A DNA stretch of 64,000 nt from Vicinamibacterales bacterium (GTDB taxonomy: Bacteria > Acidobacteriota > Vicinamibacteria > Vicinamibacterales > JAMQPK01): the NCBI GenBank assembly GCA_963732445.1, contig CAVSZJ010000008.1, positions 337,008 through 401,007 on the forward strand, given 5' to 3'. How positions within the stretch are numbered: the first letter of the stretch is position 1; every line of letters begins with the position of its first letter. Positions 51,144-59,598 of the stretch are shown here, in pieces. Made by a program: the position numbers and the translations under genes. The notes beneath the pieces were generated by a model. It did no database searches, had not been told where the DNA came from, and worked only from the letters and a program-made list of their open reading frames with translations.

Positions 51144-52383
51144 TTACACCGGGTGCGCCTTGACGACCCGGTCGTTCAGCTCGACGCCGAAGCCAGGCCG
51201 ATCGGGAACGGCGATCGTTCCCTTGACGAACAGCTCGTGCGGCTGCAGCACTTCGGGCCGCCAGTCGACTTCGCCCCACTGGAGCTCGAGCAGGCGGAAG
51301 TTCTTCAGCACCGCGCACACCTGGACGCTCGCGGCCGTCGAGACCGGACCGCTCGGATTGTGCGGCGCCACTTCGATGCCGTCGGCTTCGGCCATCGCTG
51401 CGATCCGCGTGAGCTCGAGCAGGCCGCCGCAGTGTTTGACGTCGGGCATGATCACGTGCACGGCGCGCGTGCGGCAGAGCGGCGCGAAATCCGGCGACGC
51501 CGAACAGGATTTCTCCGCCTGCCATCGGCTGCTGAATGCGCTTGCGTATCTCGAGCGTCTCCTCGACGCGCTCGGGCGCGACAGGCTCTTCGTACCACGA
51601 CAAGCTTCTGCGGCTCGAGCCTGCGCGCGACGCGCTCGGCAAGCGGCACGTCGAAAAAGCTATGGCAGTCGACCATCAGCTCGACATCGGGGCCGATGGC
51701 GTCGCGCATCGCGACGACGCACGCGATGCCGTTCTCGGCCGCGGCTTCGATCGCCGCCGGCGTCGAGCCGGGCGGCGGAAAACCATCCCACGGCGCGGCT
51801 TTCACCGCGCGGAACCCCTCCTTCACGGCCGCGCGGGCAGCTGGCCGCGAATCCTTCCGGCGTGCGCGGCCGCGTCGCGCGATTCACGTTCGCGTACACA
51901 GGCAGGGTGTCCCGCAGCTTTCCGCCGAACAGGCTGTAGGTCGGCACGTCGAGCGCTTTTCCCGCGAGATCCCACAGCGCCTGTTCGATCGCGCTGTAGG
52001 CCGTCGCCGGAATCAGACCTCGGCCCGTCGCGAGCCGCTCTCCGTCTCGCCGGTATGCGCCGATCTCGAGCGGAGACTTTCCTTCGACGAGCCGGAAGAA
52101 CGTGCGGAGCTCCGCCTCCATCTGCGCCGCATTCTTCTGCGACTGTGTTGGCGAAGCCGAACGCGTCCGACGCTTCGCCGAGTCCCGTCAGCCCGGCGTC
52201 GGTGCCCAGCCGAACGAAGAGCCACACGGTTCGAGCCGTCGCCCGCATCGGCAACAGCTCGAGCGTGGTGACGCGCAGTTTCGGAGCGGCTTCGAGGAAA
52301 CGTGGAAACAGCGCCGCGCCGGCAGCCGCCTTGCGCACGATGTGAGCAACGATCGTCGATTCATAGGTATCATCCCCGCACAC
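51144..52383 (-). pseudogene. Enolase-superfamily enzyme (mandelate racemase/muconate-lactonizing family); 4 frame breaks
   Basis: Successive pieces: ORF 51823..52383 (..[21 protein letters not shown]), 51660..52121 (..[28 protein letters not shown]..), 51452..51826 (..[16 protein letters not shown]), the frame of 50584..51642 (SWYEEPVAPE..), and 51144..51461 (IMPDVKHCGGLLE..APHNPSGPV..). Start uncertain (GTG 52383 or 52338). Confidence 0.75.
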
Positions 52384-53992
52384 TCAGGTTCGTCACGCGA
52401 AATGGCTTGAGCGTGTCCAACGCCACTTCGGGCCGCCCAAGCTTCCAGCTGAAGTAGCGCAACGTCACACGCTCGGGCGTGAAGTCGGCGATCGTGAAGC
52501 CATTTTCCTCCAGCGTGGGCAGCCCCTCCTCAACCTCGAGCCCTGCAGGCGGCAGGGCGCGCAGCCCCCGCACGAGAGATGGCCAACCCGGCCGTCCGGT
52601 GCCAACCGGCCCGGGCAGCACGCTGATGACAGGATTCGCGCGCATATCAATGTCGCCAGTTTTGAGGATTCGCGCTTCACCGAGCGCGTGGAGGTCGCCG
52701 CTGATGAAGAGAGGAATGCGGCCGCGCATGGCGGAGGATGCCTGCAACAGGCGATCGTGCTGGAGCCGCCAACCTGATTGCCAGAACGGCTTGGGAATCT
52801 TCGTTGTCAGCCCCTGGTTGCCGTCGTCCATATCCGCATACCACTCGCCCCATTTGCCGGCACTCCAGCCGGGAGGTGTTGATGGCATGTTGACGACGTG
52901 CGCAGCATCCGAGCTTGCCATGCGTGCTTTAAGCCACTGCTCGACGAGTGGGGGAATGAAGGTCGCGCCTGGTCCCGTCAGGGTCATGAACCGCCGGCAG
53001 TCGTACATCAGCAGCTCGAGCAGCTTCCCGTACCTCAGCGTGCCGAAGCTCTCGGAAATCCCAGGCGGCCGATCCGCCGCCGATCCGGACGGAAGCCCCT
53101 GATCGCGATGCGCGTCTGGCAGGAACTCGGGTAGTACAACAGCTGCGAGGCGCGCGCCAGATGCAGCATGAACGGGTCCGGCGGGAAGGTCACAAGCGCG
53201 TCGTCGGCTTCGTCGTTCTCGAAATAATCATGATCGTCCTGCAGGAAGAAGACAGGAGTGGATCGCATCATCGTGCCGTACAGATCCGCGACTTGCGGCC
53301 CGACGACTTTCTTCAAGACCTGCTCGTTTGGCGTGCCCAGTACGCGTCCGGCGCGATCGAAGACTCCCGCGTACGCCTTTGCGGCGGGCGACACACCGAG
53401 CAGATCGGCGCGAACGGTGCGCAGGTCCCAATAGATGTGATCGCCATTTGCGACGACGGCATCGGGGGCGAAGGACATCGCGCGCTCGAGCATGCGTTGC
53501 CGAACGGCCAACGTCAGGAAGCGGTGTGTACTGACATCGGTGGGTTTGTGGTCGGGCAGGACGTCGTGCCCGCCGGCACACGAATAGATGAGGAGCCGCA
53601 GACTCTTCGGACTGTCGCCCGGCGCGGGGAACGTCGCGAGCGGCCATGGAGCGCAGAGCGGACGGCCGCCAGCGTCCATGATTTGGAGCGTGTAGGAGCG
53701 ACCCGGCTCGAGACCAGCCGCGTCGAATGTCCAGAAGAACCCGCGCGTGTCGCCCGCGCGCCCTGAAATTTTCCTGGAGCCCACCAGCAGTACCGGCGCT
53801 GCGCGCTGCGGCGCCTTGAACGACGTCTTGATCAGGAACCGCTCATGGTTCGCCGCTGGTAGCAGGTGCACGACGTCGCCGCTCTCCCACGCCAGGTCGG
53901 AGCCGCGCTTGCGCGGCGCTCGCAGGTCGGCTCGCTACAACGGAGGTGGCCAGTGACGCCGCGCCGATCAGAAAATCGCGACGGGACGGCAT
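52370..53992 (-). pseudogene. Tat-signal metallophosphoesterase / PhoD-like phosphatase; 2 frame breaks
   Basis: ATG 53992 opens MPSRRDFLIGAASLATSVVAS (twin-arginine signal). ORF 53035..53871(-) has ..VANGDHIYWD.. FLQDDHDYFEND. ORF 52370..53008(-) has ..LFISGDLHALGE... Shifts near 53920 and 53127. Confidence 0.6.
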
Positions 53993-55398
53993 CACTTTAT
54001 GGGCCAGCGGTCCGATTCGGTTCTCGCGGTCTTCAGATACTCTTCGATCTGCGCCACGATCGTTGGATTGGCCGCCGCGACATCACGTCTGCTCGCCCGG
54101 ATCGGCCGCGAGATTGTAGAGCTCGAGCGGCGCATCTTTTTTCAGGCGAACGCTTTCCACGGTCCCATTCGCACGGCCTGCTGAAAGCCGCGCTCGTGAA
54201 ACTCCCAATACAGGAAGTCGTGCGCCGGCTGCGCCTCGCCGCGAAGCGCGCGCGCCATCGACAGACCGTCGATGCCTGAAGGGATTCTTCGCGCCGGCGA
54301 TGTCGCCGAGCGTCGGCAGCATGTCCCAATGCGCCCACGGGTGGTTGCTGACACGGCCGGCCGGAATGGTCCCAGGCCAGCTCGCGATCATCGGCACGCG
54401 GATGCCGCCTTCGTACAGGTCGCGCTTGATGCCACGCAACGGACCCGAGCTCTTGAAGAACACCGGGATCGCCGCCCCCTTCCTGATGCGGGCCGTTGTC
54501 GCTGACGAACATCATCAAGCGTGTTGCGGTCGATGCCGCGCGCGCGCAGGAGATCGGCGAGCCGTGCCGATGTCGCGATCCATGCGCGTGATCATCGCCG
54601 CGAAGGCAGCATGCGGCTCGGGCTGCGACCGGTAACCGAGCGTAGGAAGCTCGGGGCTGGCGCCGGTGGGCATGGCGTCGGCTTTCGGGTTCTCGAACGG
54701 CTTCTCGGGAAACTGGCCGCGGACGGCGGCTCATCGAATCTTCCGGTGCGCGCAGCTCGGCGTGCGGCACGGTGTAGTTCAGATAGACGAAAAACGGACG
54801 CGTGTCTCTGCGTTCTGGATGAACGCAGCCGTCTCCTCTGTGAACAGATCGTTGACGTAGTCGCGCTCGAGATTCGTCGGCGGCACGCTCGCCGTTGCGC
54901 CACAAATGATCCGTGTACTGGCGATGCGCGTGCCGATGATCGAGAAAGCCGAAGGCGTGGTCGAATCCCTGTCGATCGGGCATGCCGGTCGTGCCCGGAG
55001 AGCCGAGCCCCCATTTGCCGATCACGGCCGTGCGGTAACCGGCGTCACGCAGCATCTCGGCGATCGTGACATCTTCCGGCCGCAGCGGAATGTCGCCGTT
55101 TCCGCGAATCCACGCGTGGCCGGTGTGCAGCCCGGTCATCAGCGTCGTCCGCGACGGCGCGCACACCGTGCTGCCCGCGTAGTACTCGGTAAACCGGATA
55201 CCTTCGACGCGCGAGGCGATCGAGCGACGGCGTGCGGAAGCGCGCCTGTCCGTAGGCGCTGAGATCGCCATACCCGAGATCGTCGGCCTGAATGAGCAGA
55301 ATGTTCGGCCGCGAGGGTTTCTGCTGACGGCTGCCGACGGCCGTGTCGCTGATGAGGCCAGCGGCCACAATCAGCACAGCCATTCGTGCGGCCCTCAC
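53992..55398 (-). pseudogene. Arylsulfatase (formylglycine-type sulfatase family); 8 or more frame breaks
   Basis: ORF 55045..55398(-) (signal, [19 protein letters not shown]). ORF 54033..55370(-) is in frame only in patches ([14 protein letters not shown] is the CxPxR FGly motif; GKWGLG; FVYLNYTVPH; [10 protein letters not shown]). ORFs 54083..54463 and 54142..54354 carry [16 protein letters not shown] and YWEFHERG. Its stop overlaps the next ATG as TGATG at 53990-53994. Confidence 0.75.
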
Positions 55399-55652
55399 TC
55401 GTTCACCTTCGCATCATCATCGAGGCGGAACGCTCCGTGCTCGGCCGAGGCCAGCAGCGCGCGCGCCTGTTCTTCGTCCTCGCTCGAGACGACGACCTCG
55501 ACCATCCCAAGCCCGTCGATGGTGAGCCCGTGGGTCTTCCGCAGCGATTCGCCTCTCAACTCGCTGGAGATGCCGGCGGCGGCCAGAAATCCCTGAATCT
55601 GCTGCGCCTGTATCTCGCCGCTCGCTGTGAAGACGCAAATCTCATCCTGCAT
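55395..55652 (-). CDS. DUF2007-like (putative signal-transducing) small protein
   Basis: ORF 55395..55652(-), 85 aa. ..[22 protein letters not shown]...[19 protein letters not shown] overlap with the sulfatase start. Confidence 0.5.
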   Translation of the reverse strand: MQDEICVFTASGEIQAQQIQGFLAAAGISSELRGESLRKTHGLTIDGLGMVEVVVSSEDEEQARALLASAEHGAFRLDDDAKVNE

Positions 55653-55986
55653 ACGTACCTCGATTCGCTTTGCCCGCGGGATCGCCCCAACCCCATGATA
55701 TCGAAGGACGCTTCAACACGCGCCGGATCCTGTCTGACGGAGTTCGTAGGCGGTGAGTTTTTTACGTCAAGACGGTCAGCGGTGCGCTTCCCCAGAAGAT
55801 CAAGCACGTTGAACTGCTGATCCGAAGGGCAGGAGTGGCCCGGCGAGCCAGGGTGCCACCATTGACCCTGGCGGAGTGCTCCTCCCACTGACCGGGTCCC
55901 GTTGCACCACGGCTCGGGACGGATGTGAATTCGCCGCGCCGGCCGGGCACATAACCGCCGGTTCGACAGGAGCGAGCGGGGTCCTG

Positions 55987-56820
55987 CTATTCGCGAACGA
56001 CTTCGAAGTTCAACTCGGACGGAAAAGCCGCGGTTGGCTGGATTGCCTGGCGGTACCCCTCTTTCATCACCCGCACAGCCTTGCCATAGTCGTCCCCGTA
56101 ATCGCATAAAACGTACGCGCCGTTTGCATCGCTCACTGTGTAGCCCGCTGCGTCCCCGGATTGACCGTTGCCATAAAAATGTTGGACTAACGCTCCAGCG
56201 ACCGGAACCACTCCCTCTGCCGTTCTTTCCGTGATAATCCCCGACATCATGTAGAAGTCGTAACCTTGCCCGGCGGGCCTGGAAAGCGGGGGCATTGATC
56301 GTGGCATCCCCGACGTCTCGAATGTTGCTCTGGAAACGACGTGAACGTTCAAAGGACCGTCACTCCAAAGCCACACGCGCGCGCTGCACGGTGCCAGGTA
56401 GCCCGGCTGAGGCTTTGCCTGCGCCATGGCGAACTCTCGCTGCATATCGGGCACTGTGTAGCGACCAGCAGCGTCGGTGACTACCTCGAGCGTGACCCAG
56501 TTGTATACCGGCGTGTATCCGCTCATGCGGAGTGGAAAGTTAGCCAGGGGGGAAATGCCAGAAGCGGTGTGCTCATACGCGAATCCGAATAAGTTCGACG
56601 TGTCCGTCCCTCGAATAATTGAGCCTGTGTCCGATGATGCTGTATCCAATGATGCTGCGCTCGGTAATGGTGCAAACGGGGACGGGCCAATCAATCGGTC
56701 CGACGCCCCACCACACCCAGAAAGTGCCAGGACTGTGGCGACTGCGAGTAACAGTTGCGTGATCGACGTGTGGCCACTCAACAACATCGCGCACCAGGCG
56801 ACGACTCCGCTACAAGACAT
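55987..56820 (-). CDS. Lipoprotein with carboxypeptidase-regulatory-like beta-sandwich domains (paralogue 1 of 4)
   Basis: ORF 55987..56862(-). Start at ATG 56820 or 56787. Lipobox LALSGC. ..VVTDAAGRYTVPD.. and ..YTVSDANGAYVLCDY.. are CarboxypepD_reg-type turns. Confidence 0.6.
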   Translation of the reverse strand: MSCSGVVAWCAMLLSGHTSITQLLLAVATVLALSGCGGASDRLIGPSPFAPLPSAASLDTASSDTGSIIRGTDTSNLFGFAYEHTASGISPLANFPLRMSGYTPVYNWVTLEVVTDAAGRYTVPDMQREFAMAQAKPQPGYLAPCSARVWLWSDGPLNVHVVSRATFETSGMPRSMPPLSRPAGQGYDFYMMSGIITERTAEGVVPVAGALVQHFYGNGQSGDAAGYTVSDANGAYVLCDYGDDYGKAVRVMKEGYRQAIQPTAAFPSELNFEVVRE

Positions 56821-56834
56821 CGCGTAGTTGTTGC

Positions 56835-57614
56835 TCACTTTGGCGGAAGCAGCGCAAGACATTCGTAAAATTTCGTCGCATCGATGTCGATGGTGTGATT
56901 CGCGCGAATGTCGACTGCCTGGTTGACGACCTGGGTGTCATTGCCGCAGTACATGGACAGCGTTCCTGGCATAGGGGGAATGCCGCACAGGCTGTACCGC
57001 CCGTCGGCGTTGGTGTACTCCCATACATCCGAACCGTGCCCTCGAGACCGGTAGTAGACATCGGCGCCGGCGACCGGTGCCGGCTTGCCATCAATAATCC
57101 GGAAGACCTGTCCAGACAACGTCGGCGTCGGGACGGCCGCTCCCGGCAGAAACAGAGGGACATCCAACTCCGTGTCACCGCGCATCGTCGTATTGGTAGC
57201 GCAAAATCGGAAGGAGGACGGGCGGCCGATCGTGTCTACGCCTGTGATCTTGACGAACCGCCCATCCAGCACACCCGTCACGCGGTAGCGACCATCGGCG
57301 TCAACCGGAACAAAGCCGCCTCGGTTAGGATCCGCCACGTCACTTACGTCCACTTCGACGGCCACCTGCCGAACGCTGATCGGGCGTCGCGCCCCGTCGC
57401 GCGTGACTTCGAGAATCCTTCCCGACAGCGTCACGCCCGGGCCGGGGAAAGCCACCGGCGGAAGTGGGGGCTCCGATCTCGATGCTGTGGGTGAAGGCTG
57501 CGTTGACGGTGCTGTCGGCAAAGGACTGCCGTCCAGCGACGATGAACTCGGCGGATCCTCACAGGACGCTAGCGAAGCGACCATCACTGTTATCGCCAGG
57601 AATCGAGCTGCCAT
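56835..57614 (-). CDS. Lipoprotein with two carboxypeptidase-regulatory-like domains (paralogue 2)
   Basis: ORF 56835..57731(-). Start at ATG 57614 (MAARFLAITVMVASLASC lipobox) or 57659. Pro/Ser-rich linker. LSGRILEV..VDADGRYRVTG and LSGQVFRII..TNADGRYSLCG. Confidence 0.6.
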   Translation of the reverse strand: MAARFLAITVMVASLASCEDPPSSSSLDGSPLPTAPSTQPSPTASRSEPPLPPVAFPGPGVTLSGRILEVTRDGARRPISVRQVAVEVDVSDVADPNRGGFVPVDADGRYRVTGVLDGRFVKITGVDTIGRPSSFRFCATNTTMRGDTELDVPLFLPGAAVPTPTLSGQVFRIIDGKPAPVAGADVYYRSRGHGSDVWEYTNADGRYSLCGIPPMPGTLSMYCGNDTQVVNQAVDIRANHTIDIDATKFYECLALLPPK

Positions 57615-57639
57615 GCGCCTCACACCGTCAGTTACGGCA

Positions 57640-58122
57640 TCAACGGGAATTGCGCTCATTGGATTTGGACAGCACAATGGACACTGCCCACTGCCCTCCG
57701 GGAGTGGTAACGACAGTCGTCTCCTTCGCACCGTAGCCCAACGCAGAAGCCCGAAGGGTCAGCTCCTCTCCTACGTTCAGTCCGTCGAACATGGCGGCAT
57801 CGTCAGGATCCCAATAGGAGCAACCCAACGCTGACTGCGTCAGACTCCGTCCCAATCCCTGTCCTCTGACGATTTCAACCCTTGCGCCGCGAATGCACGA
57901 CCCTCCGCCTGTGTCGCTCGTTACTACCACCCAGACGAACGTCAGCCCGCGCGGAAGCGCTGGCGGGGGCGGGGGCGGCGCGGGTGGCTCAAGAGCAGTG
58001 GGGACGGACGGACTAGGAGCAGTCGCGACAGAGGGACTGGGAGCAGTCGGCAGTGGCCGGGTCGCTTCTCGGGCGCAGCCAGCGAGGGTCAGGATCGCGA
58101 CGGCTGTCAGTGCGAATCTCAT
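57640..58122 (-). CDS. Small lipoprotein with Pro-rich linker (paralogue 3)
   Basis: ORF 57640..58122(-), 160 aa. MRFALTAVAILTLAGC lipobox. APSPSVATAPSPSVPTALEPPAPPPPPP linker, then a single beta-rich domain. Confidence 0.6.
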   Translation of the reverse strand: MRFALTAVAILTLAGCAREATRPLPTAPSPSVATAPSPSVPTALEPPAPPPPPPALPRGLTFVWVVVTSDTGGGSCIRGARVEIVRGQGLGRSLTQSALGCSYWDPDDAAMFDGLNVGEELTLRASALGYGAKETTVVTTPGGQWAVSIVLSKSNERNSR

Positions 58123-58131
58123 GGCAAACCC

Positions 58132-58952
58132 CTAATATCCAGGGCACTGGAAGTTCGTGAGATCGACGTCGACCCGGCTGTCGCCGCGGATGTCGACATC
58201 GACAAATTTCGCCGATTCGTTGCACGAATAGCCGGCGCCCAGGACGGCCGGGCCCAGAGGAACGCCGCACAGCGTACTATCTCCCATTCTCATCCGTTTC
58301 CGTGAACACGTCCCACGGCGCCTGCAAGATGCTGTAGTACCACGACCCGCGTCCTCACCGGACGTTTCGCTCCATCAATCGTCTGTGTCACGACGCCACT
58401 CACAATGGGAGAGCGCTGCGACGCGGGGGGCATTCCAAGCGGCACGAGCTCAACGTTGAGTGTTGTTCGGCCCTTGATCACAGCGTTGGTCGCGCACGGT
58501 TGCATCAGCCGGGACGCACCGCCGGCCCTGGGCCGCGCCGAGACTCTCACCCAATTTCCATCGTTCAAGCCATCGATTATGAACCGGCCATAAGTGTCGA
58601 GTGGTGCGTAGCCCGTGAAGTGCCCGACTTCTCGAACGGCCGCACTAATCGAATAAGTGATCGTTCCACCCGACACGGGCTGACCACCGGATTCGTACAC
58701 CGTTCCGGACAGACTCGGCCCTTTCGGGAGGGCCAACGGAGGAGGGAACGAGCCTGGGGTCGGCGACTGGTCTGACGGGTCGGCTACTGGCGGTAACTGG
58801 ATCACCGGTTCGCTGACATCTCGCTGGGACGCAGCGGCAGGCGACGGTGTCGCAGGCGCCTGACTGCACGAATGGTGCGCGAACACGCAGCCGAGTACCA
58901 TGGTCGCTCGAATGACTCGTCCCACGATCTTTAGAACGGTATAACGCCTCAT
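58132..58952 (-). pseudogene. Lipoprotein with two carboxypeptidase-regulatory-like domains (paralogue 4); one frame break near the C-terminus
   Basis: ORF 58290..59177(-), from ATG 58952 (MRRYTVLKIVGRVIRATMVLGCVFAHHSC). LSGTVYESGGQPVSG.., PIVSGVVTQTIDG... The last ~55 aa are in another frame (..NGRYSTLCGVPLGP..VDVDIRGDSRVDVDLTNFQCPGY, stop 58132-58134) and align with the C-terminus of paralogue 2. Confidence 0.55.
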
Positions 58953-58983
58953 ACCCGGACAGGACACTCGTTCCGGCGCTAAA

Positions 58984-59598
58984 ATGCCGCTTCCTTCGAA
59001 ACTCAGAGGCAAGATGACCGAGCGCCAGCCCGAGACCGAATCTACGTTTGTCCTGCTCGATCGGGCGCGCGCCGGCGACCAGGAAGCGGTCGACCGCCTT
59101 TTTGCCCGCCACGTGCGTCCGCTGCAGCGCTGGGCGTCGGGTCGCCTGCCTCGATGGGCCCGCGACGTCAGCGACACCGACGACCTTGTCCAGGAAACCC
59201 TGCTTCAGACGTTTAAGAGGATCGGGCACTTCGAGCCGCGCGGCAGCGGAGCGCTGCTCGCGTACCTGCGACAGGCCATCCTCAATCGCGTCCGTGAGGA
59301 GCTGAGGCGAAAAGGGCGGCGACCCGATGGCACACGCCTCAGTGGACTCGCTCTCGAGAGCGAGCTGTCATCGCCGCTCGAGCAGGCCATCGGTCAGGAA
59401 GCGCTCGACCGCTACGATCGAGCCCTTCAGCGCTTGAAGCCGGAAGAACAGAACGCGGTCATCGGCCGTGTGGAGCTCGGCTACACGTACGAGGAGCTCG
59501 CAGAGGCGCTCGACAAGCCCAGCGCCGAAGCGGCGCGGAAGGCCGCGCAGCGTGCGCTGGTTCGTCTGGCACAGGAGATGGAACGTGGAAAGAAGTGA
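58984..59598 (+). CDS. ECF-type sigma-70 family RNA polymerase sigma factor
   Basis: ORF 58984..59598(+). The alternative start ATG 59014 has a better RBS (AGAGG). LLDRARAGDQEAVDRLFARH.., region 2 DDLVQETLLQTFKRIGHFE, region 4 YEELAEALDKPSAEAARKAAQRALVRL. Confidence 0.8.
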   Translation: MPLPSKLRGKMTERQPETESTFVLLDRARAGDQEAVDRLFARHVRPLQRWASGRLPRWARDVSDTDDLVQETLLQTFKRIGHFEPRGSGALLAYLRQAILNRVREELRRKGRRPDGTRLSGLALESELSSPLEQAIGQEALDRYDRALQRLKPEEQNAVIGRVELGYTYEELAEALDKPSAEAARKAAQRALVRLAQEMERGKK

